Source: Longicatena sp. (lineage in GTDB: Bacteria > Bacillota_I > Bacilli_A > Erysipelotrichales > Erysipelotrichaceae). Taken from it: 55,755 nt of DNA. Below the pieces are notes generated by a model, which saw only the letters and a list, made by a program, of their open reading frames with translations, searched no databases and was not told the DNA's origin. Positions 26,460 to 36,406 of this stretch are shown here, piece after piece. Each line of letters starts with the position of its first letter. Position 1 is the stretch's first letter. The stretch covers positions 1-55,755 of the forward strand of contig JARHZK010000191.1 of the NCBI GenBank assembly GCA_029258245.1, in the 5' to 3' direction. A program made the translations under genes and the position numbers.

Positions 26460-27692
26460 ATGAAGGTATTAGTAATTGGAAAAGGTGGAAGAGAACATGC
26501 TCTTGCACATGCGACTTACAGAAGTAATTTAGTAGATTGTGTTTATGCAGCTCCAGGAAATCCAGGAATGGCAAAATTTGCTAAATGTGTGAATATTAGT
26601 GATAGTGATGTAGATGCTTTGGTAGCTTTTGCAAAAGAAGAGAAGATTGATTTAACAATTGTTGGACCTGAAGCAAGTTTATCTTTAGGTATTGTTGATG
26701 CATTTCAAAAAGAAGGATTAAAAATATTTGGTCCAACAAAAGATGCTACACAAGTGGAATCAAGTAAGGATTTTGCAAAGAAAACTATGGCAAAATATAA
26801 TATTCCTACAGCTACATATGAAACCTTTAATACAAAAGAAGATGCTATTGCTTATGTAAAAAAACAAGGAGCACCAATTGTAATTAAAGAGGATGGATTA
26901 AAAGCTGGTAAAGGAGTAACTGTAGCTAGTACACTAGAAGAAGCTTTTGATGCGATTGAAATTGCTTTTTCAATTCCTAATAATAAAGTAGTTATTGAAG
27001 AATGTTTGTTTGGATTTGAATTCTCATTAATTTGTTTTGTTTGTGATGATGTTGTAGTTCCTATGCAAATTGCACAAGATCATAAATGCGTTTATGATGG
27101 AGATAAAGGTCCAAATACAGGAGGAATGGGTTGTTATTCACCAGTGAAGAAAATTACTCCAGAAATTATTCAAGATGCAATGCAGCACGTCATGATTCCA
27201 ATGGCAAAAGCAATGATGGAAGAAGGACATCCATTTACTGGATTTTTATATGGTGGTTTAATGTTAACAGAAAATGGAATTAAAACAATTGAATTTAATG
27301 CACGTTTTGGTGATCCAGAAGCAGAAGTTATTTTACCACGTTTACAAAGCGATTTTGTTGATGTTATCCTAAAAGTTATGAACCATGAAAACGTAGAATT
27401 GGAATGGGATTCTCAAGTAACGTTAGGGGTTGTATTAGCAAGTGAAGGATATCCTGCAAGTAGTACAAAAGGTGCAATTATTGAAGGATTAGATGATGTA
27501 GACGGATTTGTATATCATATGGGAACAAAAATGGATCAAGGTAATTTAGTTACGGATGGTGGACGTGTTTTAATTAGTGTTGCGAAAGCAAACACCCTTG
27601 AAGAAGCATATGAAAAAGCTTATACAGATGTTAAAAAGATTCAATGCGATAAATTATTCTATCGTAACGATATTGGAAAGAAAGATATGTAG
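26460..27692 (+). CDS. purD: Phosphoribosylamine--glycine ligase
   Basis: [16 protein letters not shown] start, ATP-grasp motifs, and NARFGDPE. Confidence 0.92.
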   Translation: MKVLVIGKGGREHALAHATYRSNLVDCVYAAPGNPGMAKFAKCVNISDSDVDALVAFAKEEKIDLTIVGPEASLSLGIVDAFQKEGLKIFGPTKDATQVESSKDFAKKTMAKYNIPTATYETFNTKEDAIAYVKKQGAPIVIKEDGLKAGKGVTVASTLEEAFDAIEIAFSIPNNKVVIEECLFGFEFSLICFVCDDVVVPMQIAQDHKCVYDGDKGPNTGGMGCYSPVKKITPEIIQDAMQHVMIPMAKAMMEEGHPFTGFLYGGLMLTENGIKTIEFNARFGDPEAEVILPRLQSDFVDVILKVMNHENVELEWDSQVTLGVVLASEGYPASSTKGAIIEGLDDVDGFVYHMGTKMDQGNLVTDGGRVLISVAKANTLEEAYEKAYTDVKKIQCDKLFYRNDIGKKDM

Positions 27693-27703
27693 GGAGGAAT
27701 TCT

Positions 27704-29374
27704 ATGTTTAAAACTGATCTAGAAATTGCACAAGAATGTGAATTGGAATATATTCGTGATGTTGCAGCAAAAATTGGTGTTGAAGAAAATGATTTAGAAT
27801 ATTATGGAAATTATAAAGCTAAAGTGTCATTAGATTTGTTAAATAGAAATAAAAATCGTGAAGATGGGAAACTGATTTTAGTAACAGCAATTAATCCTAC
27901 GAAAGCAGGAGAAGGAAAGTCAACGACAACTGTTGGTTTGGGAGATGCATTGAATCGATTAGGAAAGAAAACAATGATTGCATTACGTGAGCCATCTTTA
28001 GGACCAGTATTTGGATTAAAAGGTGGAGCAGCTGGTGGAGGATATGCACAAGTTGTTCCAATGGAAGATATTAACCTACATTTTACTGGAGATATGCATG
28101 CAATTACTACAGCAAACAATTTGATTAGTGCTTGTTTAGATAATCATATTCATCAAGGAAATGAATTAGATATTGATATTGAACATATTACATGGAAACG
28201 TTGTTTAGATATGAATGATCGGACTTTGCGTAATATTAACATTGGTCAAGGTGCGAAAGCAAATGGTGTAGAACGACATGATGGATTTAATATTACAGTA
28301 GCATCTGAAGTTATGGCAGTTCTATGTTTGGCAGATTCTTTGATAGATTTAAAAGCTAGATTGGGGAAAATGTTAGTAGCATACAATACGAAAAATGAAC
28401 CAATTTATGTAAAGGATTTAGGCATAGAAGGTGCTTTAGCAATGGTTTTAAAAGATGCTATTAAACCAAATATGGTACAAACATTAGAACATAATCCAGT
28501 ATTGATTCATGGAGGTCCTTTTGCAAATATTGCACATGGTTGTAATTCTTTATTAGCAACAAAAACTTGTTTAAAATTAGCTGATTATACAGTAACAGAG
28601 GCAGGATTTGGTGCAGACTTAGGTGCTGAGAAATTTTTAGATATTAAATGTCGATTTGGTGAATTAAAACCGAATGCAGTTGTTATTGTTGCAACAATTC
28701 GTGCGTTAAAACAACATGGGAATATAGCATATGAGGATTTAAAAGAAGAAAATGTTGAAGCAATGTTAGCAGGATGTGAAAATCTTGCAAAACATATTGA
28801 TACAGTAAAACAATTTGGATTACCATATATTGTAGCAATTAATGAATTTGCAACAGATACTCCAAATGAGGTACAAGCTTTAGAAGAATGGTGTAAAGAA
28901 AATAACCATCCAATGTCATTATCTCAAGTATGGGCAAAAGGTGGAGAAGGAGCTTTAGATTTAGCAAAACAATTAATTGACTTATGTAATCAAGAAAATA
29001 CATATACACCTCTATATGATGTAAATGATTCTATTGAAGATAAAATTAATACAATTGCAACAAAAGTTTATGGAGCAGATGGAGTTGATTTTACAGACGA
29101 AGCAAAAGAACAAATTGCACTATATAATAAATTAGGATGGAATAAAATGCCAATTTGCATGGCAAAAACACAAATGTCTTTAACAGATGATGGAAAGGTT
29201 TTCGGCGCTCCAAAAGGATTCCGTATTACAGTTAGAGAATTAAACCCATCATTGGGGGCAGGTTTTATTGTTGCTTTAACAGGTAAAGTATTAACAATGC
29301 CAGGACTTCCAAAAGTTCCAGCTGCAAATAAAATGGATATTACAGAAGATGGACAGATTACCGGATTATTCTAG
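27704..29374 (+). CDS. fhs: Formate--tetrahydrofolate ligase
   Basis: KTDLEIAQ start, [18 protein letters not shown]-loop, [20 protein letters not shown], and a length of about 556 aa. Confidence 0.93.
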   Translation: MFKTDLEIAQECELEYIRDVAAKIGVEENDLEYYGNYKAKVSLDLLNRNKNREDGKLILVTAINPTKAGEGKSTTTVGLGDALNRLGKKTMIALREPSLGPVFGLKGGAAGGGYAQVVPMEDINLHFTGDMHAITTANNLISACLDNHIHQGNELDIDIEHITWKRCLDMNDRTLRNINIGQGAKANGVERHDGFNITVASEVMAVLCLADSLIDLKARLGKMLVAYNTKNEPIYVKDLGIEGALAMVLKDAIKPNMVQTLEHNPVLIHGGPFANIAHGCNSLLATKTCLKLADYTVTEAGFGADLGAEKFLDIKCRFGELKPNAVVIVATIRALKQHGNIAYEDLKEENVEAMLAGCENLAKHIDTVKQFGLPYIVAINEFATDTPNEVQALEEWCKENNHPMSLSQVWAKGGEGALDLAKQLIDLCNQENTYTPLYDVNDSIEDKINTIATKVYGADGVDFTDEAKEQIALYNKLGWNKMPICMAKTQMSLTDDGKVFGAPKGFRITVRELNPSLGAGFIVALTGKVLTMPGLPKVPAANKMDITEDGQITGLF

Positions 29375-29393
29375 TAAGTAAATAAATATAAAA

Positions 29394-29443
29394 AATACTC
29401 TAAGTTTGGACATATAAGTGTTTATAACTTGGAGTATTTTTTT
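29394..29443 (+). terminator. Intrinsic terminator of fhs
   Basis: AATACTCTAAGTT...AACTTGGAGTATT 13-bp stem followed by T-run. Confidence 0.8.
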
Positions 29444-29446
29444 AAT

Positions 29447-29474
29447 AAAAAAAACAGCAGGGGAACTGCTGTTT
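29447..29474 (-). terminator. Intrinsic terminator of the DUF1846 gene
   Basis: Minus strand ACAGCAG-TTCCCC-TGCTGT followed by T8. It overlaps the stop codon. Confidence 0.75.
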
Positions 29475-30957
29475 AGCGATGATATAATTTTTTTGTTTGA
29501 TATTTATCTTCACAAGTTAAATTAATTTTCAATTTACGGAAAGTATCTAAATCAACTTGAGATAAAATAACTGTACTATGAGCTTCACAATTTTTTAATT
29601 TATCTAATTGTTGTAAAGCGCAATGAGATACTGGATTTGTTGTTGCACTAATTGCTAAAGCAATTAATACTTCATCTGTATGTAATCTAGGATTATGATT
29701 TCCTAATGGACCAACTTTTAATTTTTGAATCGGTTCTATAATATTAGGCGAAATTAAAGGTATTTCATCGTTAATATGACCAAGACGTTTCAATGCGTTT
29801 AATAACGCTGCAGAACTTGCTCCTAATAATGAAGTTGTTTTACCAGTTACAATTGTATGATCAGGTAATTCAATAGCAACAGCAGGAGCATTGGTTTGGC
29901 TTGCTTTATCCAATGCAGGTTGTACACATTTACGATCTTCAGGAGTAATATTTGCTTGAGACATAATAATTTCAATTTTTTGGATCGTTTCCTCTGAAGT
30001 ATGGCCATTTTTTTGATCAACTTTTGCTTTATAATAACGGCGAATAATTTCACTTTCACTAGCATTTCTTGCTTCTTCATCATCACATATACAATATCCA
30101 ACCATATTAACTCCCATATCAGTAGGAGATTTATAAGGACTTTTTCCTGAGATACGTTCAAACATAGTGCTTAATACTGGAAAGATTTCAACATCTCTAT
30201 TGTAATTTACTGTTGTTTCTCCATATGCTTCTAAGTGGAATGGGTCAATCATATTAATATCATTTAAATCTGCTGTAGCAGCTTCATATGCTAGATTTAC
30301 AGGATGTTTTAATGGAAGATTCCAGATAGGGAATGTTTCAAACTTTGCATATCCTGCTTTCACTCCACGTTTATGTTCATGGTATAATTGAGATAAGCAA
30401 GTTGCCATTTTACCAGAACCCGGGCCTGGAGCAGTCACAACAATTAATGGACGACTTGTCTCAATATATTCATTTTTTCCATAACCTTCATCGGACACGA
30501 TGAAAGGAATGTTATTTGGATATCCAGGAATTTGATAATGCAAATAAACACGAACACCTAAATTTTCTAAATGATTCTTAAAAGCGTTAGCAGATTCTTG
30601 ATTTTCATAACGCGTAATTACAACGCTACCTACAAATAAACCAGTTCCTCTAAACGCATCAATTAAACGAAGAACTTCTACATCATAAGGAATTCCTATA
30701 TCTCCACGTATTTTATTCTTTTCAATATCGTTTGCACCTACTGCAATTACAATTTCGACTTGTTCTTTTAATTGTAAAAGCATTTTTAATTTACTATCTG
30801 GTTGAAAACCTGGCAAAACACGAGAGGCATGATTATCATCAAATAGTTTTCCACCAAATTCAAGGTATAATTTATTATCAAATTTAGAAATTCTTTCTAA
30901 TATATGTTTTGATTGAAGTTTTAAATATTTGTCGTTATCGAAAGCAATTTTATTCAT
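29473..30957 (-). CDS. UPF0371 / DUF1846 family protein
   Basis: [23 protein letters not shown]...[13 protein letters not shown]-terminus and a length of about 494 aa, as seen in the conserved Firmicutes UPF0371 family. Confidence 0.75.
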   Translation of the reverse strand: MNKIAFDNDKYLKLQSKHILERISKFDNKLYLEFGGKLFDDNHASRVLPGFQPDSKLKMLLQLKEQVEIVIAVGANDIEKNKIRGDIGIPYDVEVLRLIDAFRGTGLFVGSVVITRYENQESANAFKNHLENLGVRVYLHYQIPGYPNNIPFIVSDEGYGKNEYIETSRPLIVVTAPGPGSGKMATCLSQLYHEHKRGVKAGYAKFETFPIWNLPLKHPVNLAYEAATADLNDINMIDPFHLEAYGETTVNYNRDVEIFPVLSTMFERISGKSPYKSPTDMGVNMVGYCICDDEEARNASESEIIRRYYKAKVDQKNGHTSEETIQKIEIIMSQANITPEDRKCVQPALDKASQTNAPAVAIELPDHTIVTGKTTSLLGASSAALLNALKRLGHINDEIPLISPNIIEPIQKLKVGPLGNHNPRLHTDEVLIALAISATTNPVSHCALQQLDKLKNCEAHSTVILSQVDLDTFRKLKINLTCEDKYQTKKLYHR

Positions 30958-31263
30958 TTTCTCACACTCCCTTAATGAAGTTAATCACTGTCATTTATTA
31001 TAGCAAAATAATAATATATTTACTAATTAAAATGAAAATAAATTTAAAATAATTTATATAGAAAAGGTAAAATGAAACAGATTTGGAAAAAAAATATAAA
31101 AACATAAATAAATTTATCAAGAAATTCAAGAGTATGTTATAATAAAAACACTTCTTACAGGATATTATTAATATGTAAGAAGATAATACAATTAAAATAA
31201 GAAAAAATGAGATCAAGAATGATCATCATTGGAATAATATGGTAATACCGGAAGGAGAAAAAA

Positions 31264-32532
31264 ATGGAAGAAGTTATCAAAATTGAAGGAAAACATAGAT
31301 TAAATGGAACGGTAAGGATTAGTGGGTCAAAAAATGCGACAGTTGCATTGATTCCAGCAGCAATATTAGCAAATGGACCTGTTACAATTTGTGGAGTACC
31401 AAGCATTTCAGATGTTGATTCTTTATCGGTACTTCTTCGTGATTTAGGAGTTATTGTTGATAAACGTGCTTATGATAGTATTGTAATTGATCCAACAGAG
31501 ATGCAAAACAAACCATTAGTGCATGATGCCGTTAATAAATTAAGAGCATCTTATTATTTTATGGGTGCTTTATTAGGGAAATATGGCCATGTTGAAATAC
31601 GTATGCCTGGAGGATGTTATTTAGGTCCTAGACCAATTGATTTACATTTAAAGGGATTTGAGTCTTTAGGTGCTACAGTTACGTATGATCATGGATGTTA
31701 TATTTTAGATGCTCCTGAATTGGTTGGAAATAAGATTTTCTTAGATATTTCAAGTGTAGGAGCTACGATTAATATTATGATGGCAGCGGTACATGCGAAA
31801 GGAAAAACAGTAATTGAAAATGCAGCAAAAGAACCAGAAATTATTGATGTAGCAACATTATTGAATAAAATGGGAGCTAACATTCGAGGTGCTGGAACAA
31901 ATATGATCATTATTGAAGGAGTAGAAAAATTAAATGGATGTTTCCATGAAATTATTCCTGATCGAATTGAGGCTGCTTCTTATATTGTTATGGCTGCTGC
32001 AGCTGCTGAAGAAGTTGTTGTTGAAAATATTATTCCTCAACATTTAGAATCCTTATTAAGTAAATTGGATGAGATAGGTGTTGATATGGAAGTTGGTATT
32101 GATAGTATTCGAATTCGAGGTAGTTTGGAAAATTTAAAAGCTACCGAAATAATGACATTGCCATATCCTGGTTTTGCAACAGATATTCAGCAACCATTAA
32201 CTGCTCTTTTAACACAAGCGCAAGGGCAATCTGTTATTACTGAAACAATTTATACAGAACGTTTTAAACACTGTTATGAATTAGCGAAAATGGGAGCAAA
32301 AATTAATGTTATGATTCCAAGTTCTTTTATTAATGGGGCGACGCCTTTACATGGAGCTGATGTAACAGCGACTGATTTACGTTGTGGAGCATGTTTAGTA
32401 GTTGCAGGTTTAATCGCTAATGGAGTTACAACAATCAGAAATATTTATCATATTGAAAGAGGATACGAACATATTGATGAAAAATTAACTGCGTTAGGTG
32501 CTAAAATTTGGAGAGAAACGATTGAAGACTAG
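31264..32532 (+). CDS. murA: UDP-N-acetylglucosamine 1-carboxyvinyltransferase
   Basis: IKIEGKHRLNGTVRISGSKNATVALIPAAILA, the active-site loop MPGGCYLGPRPIDLH, and GFATDIQQPL. Confidence 0.92.
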   Translation: MEEVIKIEGKHRLNGTVRISGSKNATVALIPAAILANGPVTICGVPSISDVDSLSVLLRDLGVIVDKRAYDSIVIDPTEMQNKPLVHDAVNKLRASYYFMGALLGKYGHVEIRMPGGCYLGPRPIDLHLKGFESLGATVTYDHGCYILDAPELVGNKIFLDISSVGATINIMMAAVHAKGKTVIENAAKEPEIIDVATLLNKMGANIRGAGTNMIIIEGVEKLNGCFHEIIPDRIEAASYIVMAAAAAEEVVVENIIPQHLESLLSKLDEIGVDMEVGIDSIRIRGSLENLKATEIMTLPYPGFATDIQQPLTALLTQAQGQSVITETIYTERFKHCYELAKMGAKINVMIPSSFINGATPLHGADVTATDLRCGACLVVAGLIANGVTTIRNIYHIERGYEHIDEKLTALGAKIWRETIED

Positions 32533-32562
32533 TATAATTCTTTTGGAATTATACTTTTTTTA
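32531..32562 (+). terminator. Intrinsic terminator of murA
   Basis: AGTATAATTC-TTTTG-GAATTATACT followed by T7. Confidence 0.85.
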
Positions 32563-32613
32563 TTGTTATAATTAAAATAAGAAGATAATAAGTGAAAAAA
32601 CGAGGTGATATCT

Positions 32614-33288
32614 ATGTTAAGAATCGCTATATTAGAAAATGAAGAAAATGCGAAAAAAATAATATTTCAATTAGGAGAAATATTAAAAGAAGAAGATTGG
32701 ACATTTCATTATTTTTCTAAAATTTCAGAATTAGCAAAAGCGCAATTATCAAAAGAATATAATATTATTATTTTACAAGATAAGTTTGATACTCCACGAG
32801 TCACAGAAAGGTTTATTCATCCGTATCCAGAACGTGTGATTGTATTTACTACGTCAAAAGAAATATCATATGAGTTTTATGATTATAATCAAATTTTATA
32901 CGTTAATAGGAATTGTTTAGAAAATGAATTAAGAAATGTATATCCATGCATAAAAAGAAAAATGAAAAATGATGATGAATATTTCTTTTCTTATAATCAT
33001 ATAAGTGTTCCATTAAAAATAAAAGAAATTTATTATATTGAAAAAGAAAATAAAAATTTAATTTATCATACAAAAAAAGGAGAATTTAGAGAGCGTAAAA
33101 ATATTAGTGATGCAGAACGATATTTTGAAAAATATCAATTTTTAAGAATTCATTCCAGTTTTTTAGTAAATTTTCAATACATAACAAAATTTGAATCTGA
33201 TACTGTATATGTGAATCAAATCCAACTTCCATTCGCAAGATTACGGCGACAAGAAATTATTGATAAAGTAAGAAAATTAACAAAATAA
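32614..33288 (+). CDS. LytTR-family DNA-binding regulator with an atypical receiver-like N-terminal domain (no kinase gene adjacent)
   Basis: C-terminal LytTR domain (ISVPLKIKEIYYIEKENKNLIYHTKKGEF...FLRIHSSFLVNFQYI). The N-terminus reads MLRIAILENEEN where canonical receivers carry the acidic DD pair. Confidence 0.75.
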   Translation: MLRIAILENEENAKKIIFQLGEILKEEDWTFHYFSKISELAKAQLSKEYNIIILQDKFDTPRVTERFIHPYPERVIVFTTSKEISYEFYDYNQILYVNRNCLENELRNVYPCIKRKMKNDDEYFFSYNHISVPLKIKEIYYIEKENKNLIYHTKKGEFRERKNISDAERYFEKYQFLRIHSSFLVNFQYITKFESDTVYVNQIQLPFARLRRQEIIDKVRKLTK

Positions 33289-33335
33289 AAGAAATTACCA
33301 AGTTTTCCATAAAGAGGTTAAAAATGCCACTTTCA

Positions 33336-33363
33336 TTTACAAAGATACATAAAAACATATAAT
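33336..33363 (+). promoter_or_regulatory. Putative sigma-A promoter of the large ncRNA candidate
   Basis: TTTACA (33336-33341), a 16-nt spacer, then TATAAT (33358-33363). Confidence 0.5.
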
Positions 33364-33369
33364 AAAAGT

Positions 33370-33967
33370 GTAAAGAAAAGAAAGAGTAACAAAAAGAGAG
33401 CGGTGAGAAAATGGGAAGTTTAATTCGTTGATAAATTGAAGCATAACTGAATCGATGCGTGAAAGGGTATCTTGTAGAGGTACTTATCGAAAAGGAAATA
33501 TGATATCAATTTATTAACATTTCGAAAATACGGTGTGGATCATCGGAATTTAAAGCCTGAAGAAAATTTGGTGAAAGCAAAACAGGTATCAGGAAAAGAA
33601 AGTAGCGATACTTTCAGTTGCAGGGATGCAAATAAACTCTATAGTATTGTTCCATTAATATATAAGTAGAATAGGAACTTATATATTGCTTGAAGAGATT
33701 CAAGCATTCTATAATAAATAGATTGAATTTGAAACATAGGTATGTGAAATAAGGATGAAAACTATCTAAATGTATAATTATTGTGAAAGAAAGTCCTATG
33801 TGGAGAAGGTGAAACAAATACGTAGCGATATGGATGTATTGTAATCTAGCATGAGTTACGAAAGAAAAAGATGAAGCTATATACAAAGACAGGAAAATAT
33901 CGTGATGAAATAAAATTTAATAGGAAAGTCTTCTATACAACTGAATTGAGATAGAAGACTTTTTTTA
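33370..33967 (+). ncRNA. Candidate large (about 600 nt) non-coding RNA, family not recognised
   Basis: ORF-free on the plus strand. Strong purine and G>C asymmetry. There are GNRA-capped hairpins at 33618-33631 (GGGA loop) and 33687-33706 (GAGA loop), two hairpins with an identical GUGAAAG loop core, repeated GTGAAA and GTAGCGATA words, and its own promoter and terminator. Confidence 0.5.
33926..33967 (+). terminator. Strong intrinsic terminator ending the ncRNA candidate
   Basis: AAGTCTTCTAT-(14 nt)-ATAGAAGACTT 11-bp perfect stem followed by T7. Confidence 0.85.
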
Positions 33968-34108
33968 TTTTAATTTTACATCTTTTTAATGGAACAAATA
34001 TTACAAATCATAGGAAACAGAAAAACCAATAAATAAAGACAAAAAAATGAATAAAAGGTTTAGTTCAATGGGCAATTTTGTTATAATAATAAATACTGGA
34101 GGGATAGT

Positions 34109-34819
34109 ATGTCCAAAATATTTCATAAAGTAGATTTTTACCAAACCGTAAAAGAGTATGGGGTTATTCTAAATGAAACCCAACTTATACAATTTGAAAA
34201 GTATGCTAAAATGTTAGTTGAGTGGAATGAAAGGATGAATCTAACTGCAATTACCGATATCGATGAAATCTATGAAAAGCATTTTTTAGATTCAATTTTA
34301 CCCTCCTTTGATGTAGAATTAAAAGGCAGTTTTTGTGATGTGGGAGCAGGAGCTGGTTTTCCTAGTATTCCATTAAAAATAGTGTATCCTGATTTGAAAG
34401 TGACAATTGTGGAAACATTAGGAAAGAGGGTTACGTTCCTAAATGCACTTTGTAAAGAGTTAGGATTAGAAGATGTTGATTGTGTACATGCAAGAGCAGA
34501 GGACTATGCAAAAGATCATCGCGAAAGTTTTGATATTGTAAGTGCAAGAGCAGTTGCAAATTTACCAATGCTTTCAGAGTTATGTATTCCACTTGTTAAA
34601 CAAGGAGGAATGTTTTTAGCGTTAAAAGGGGCAAATGCACTAGAAGAATATCAGTTAGCTGAAAAAGCAATACATATATTAGGGTGTGAAAAAAAACAAA
34701 TGGATGAAAAAATATTAAGTGATGGTTCAAAACGAATAAATTTTGTATTTCAAAAAATAAAACCAACACCTAAAAAATATCCACGAGCATTTGCTAAAAT
34801 TAAAAAGAATCCCCTTTAA
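34109..34819 (+). CDS. rsmG: 16S rRNA (guanine527-N7)-methyltransferase
   Basis: EWNERMNLTAITD, FCDVGAGAGFPSIPLKI SAM motif, SARAVA. It sits in the conserved position before noc/soj/spo0J. Confidence 0.9.
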   Translation: MSKIFHKVDFYQTVKEYGVILNETQLIQFEKYAKMLVEWNERMNLTAITDIDEIYEKHFLDSILPSFDVELKGSFCDVGAGAGFPSIPLKIVYPDLKVTIVETLGKRVTFLNALCKELGLEDVDCVHARAEDYAKDHRESFDIVSARAVANLPMLSELCIPLVKQGGMFLALKGANALEEYQLAEKAIHILGCEKKQMDEKILSDGSKRINFVFQKIKPTPKKYPRAFAKIKKNPL

Positions 34820-34830
34820 GGAGGAAGAAA

Positions 34831-35595
34831 ATGAAAGAAACTAAAATAATTGCAATTGATTTGATTGAACCAAATCCTTATCAACCTCGTTTAGAATTTG
34901 ATAATGATGCGTTGATGGATTTGGCACAATCAATTCGTGAAAATGGGTTAATACAACCAATTACTGTAAGAGAAATAAATGGGAAATATCAAATCATTGC
35001 AGGAGAAAGAAGATTTCGTGCAATGCGTTTAAATGGTGCAGTTGAAGTTCCAGTAAATATAATGGATGCTAATGAAGTTCAAATGGCCGAACTTGCACTT
35101 GTAGAAAATATTCAAAGAGAGAATTTAAGTGCAATTGAAGAAGCAAAATCCTATTTAGAAATAATGAAATATACAGGATTAAATCAATCGCAGCTTGCTT
35201 TGCGTGTTGGAAAGTCACAAAGCTCGATTGCTAATAAAATTCGTTTATTAAATTTAAATGAGGAAATACAAGATGCAGTAAATATGCATCGTATTAGTGA
35301 ACGACATGCAAGAGCTTTGCTTGGATTAGATGAAGAAAAGCAAAAAAGTGTATTAAAGAAAATTGAGAAAAAAGGCCTTACTGTTGCGCAAACAGAGAAA
35401 ATGTTAAAAGAGATGGAAAAAGGTCCAAAAAATAAGAAAAAAGTGATGCTGAAAGGAATCAGTAAAAATATTCGTATTGCAATTAATACCCTACATCAAG
35501 CAGTTAACATGGTAAATAGGGCAGGTTGTGAAGCGACAATGCAGGAAGAAGAACGCGAGGATGAAGTAGTGATCACTGTTCGTATTCCTAAATAG
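34831..35595 (+). CDS. noc: Nucleoid occlusion protein (ParB-family paralog)
   Basis: IEPNPYQPR, IIAGERRFRA and LVENIQRENL ParB boxes. It is located between rsmG and soj, as noc is in Bacilli. Confidence 0.75.
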   Translation: MKETKIIAIDLIEPNPYQPRLEFDNDALMDLAQSIRENGLIQPITVREINGKYQIIAGERRFRAMRLNGAVEVPVNIMDANEVQMAELALVENIQRENLSAIEEAKSYLEIMKYTGLNQSQLALRVGKSQSSIANKIRLLNLNEEIQDAVNMHRISERHARALLGLDEEKQKSVLKKIEKKGLTVAQTEKMLKEMEKGPKNKKKVMLKGISKNIRIAINTLHQAVNMVNRAGCEATMQEEEREDEVVITVRIPK

Positions 35596-35611
35596 AAAGG
35601 GTTGATTACAT

Positions 35612-36391
35612 ATGGGAAAAATTATTGCTATATCAAATCAAAAAGGTGGAGTAGGGAAAACGACAACATCTATTAACTTAGCAGCTGGATTAGGTTATTT
35701 AGGGAATAAAGTATTATTGGTAGATTTTGACCCACAAGGGAATGCAACACAAGGTGTTGGTGCTGGTGTAGGGGAAGATAAACTTTCTGTTTATAATTTA
35801 ATTATGGAAGATTATGAAGTTAGCGATATTCGCAAACAATTGAGTGCTCCACCAATGGATATTGTTCCGGCTAATATTTCATTAGCTGGTGCTGATTTAC
35901 AGATGGTAAAGTTTGAAGTTGGGAAAGAAGAGTTACTAAAGAAAAAATTAGATAAAGTAAAAGATGAATATGATTTTATTATTATAGATTGTCCACCTTC
36001 ATTAGGATTATTAAATACCAATGCATTAACAGCTGCAGACTCTGTAATTATACCTGTTCAATGTGAATACTATGCATTAGAAGGAGTTACACAATTATTG
36101 CTGACTATTCGTTTAGTCCAACAATTATTTAATAGAAATTTAATGATTGAAGGTGTCATTTTAACAATGTATGATGCACGTACAAAATTAAGTGTTGAGG
36201 TTCAGCAAGAAGTTCGTCAGCATTTTAAAGACCGTGTATATAAAACTTATATCCCTAGAAATGTTAAGTTAAGTGAAGCTCCTTCTAGAGGCAAGTCGAT
36301 TTTTGAGTACGATGTACGTTGTGAGGGTGCAAAAGCTTATGCTGGATTAGCAAATGAAGTTGTAAAAATGAATAAAAAATCAAAATTATGA
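35612..36391 (+). CDS. soj: Chromosome partitioning ATPase ParA/Soj
   Basis: Deviant Walker A NQKGGVGKTTT, VDFDPQGNAT, IIIDCPPSLG. Confidence 0.92.
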   Translation: MGKIIAISNQKGGVGKTTTSINLAAGLGYLGNKVLLVDFDPQGNATQGVGAGVGEDKLSVYNLIMEDYEVSDIRKQLSAPPMDIVPANISLAGADLQMVKFEVGKEELLKKKLDKVKDEYDFIIIDCPPSLGLLNTNALTAADSVIIPVQCEYYALEGVTQLLLTIRLVQQLFNRNLMIEGVILTMYDARTKLSVEVQQEVRQHFKDRVYKTYIPRNVKLSEAPSRGKSIFEYDVRCEGAKAYAGLANEVVKMNKKSKL

Positions 36392-36406
36392 TAGGAGGTA
36401 AAGGAT

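Noticed and set aside
33534-33542. TGTGGATCA, one mismatch from a DnaA box (TGTGGATAA), near the partition locus
   Set aside because: It is a single isolated site. There is no cluster of boxes, no dnaA or dnaN gene in the window, and no adjacent AT-rich unwinding element.
33783-33797. GTGAAAGAAAGTCC resembles the RNase P RNA conserved GAGGAAAGUCC (P4) element
   Set aside because: Only this short word matches. It lies about 170 nt from the terminator rather than about 50 nt from a 5' end. I could not find the complementary P4 strand or the other universally conserved RNase P blocks.
33614-33886. 90-aa minus-strand ORF inside the 33.3-34.1 kb gap
   Set aside because: It is low-complexity, rich in Tyr, Phe, Ile and His, and has no RBS. 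It is antisense to a purine-rich stretch, which automatically yields open pyrimidine-rich frames. The region is better explained as non-coding.
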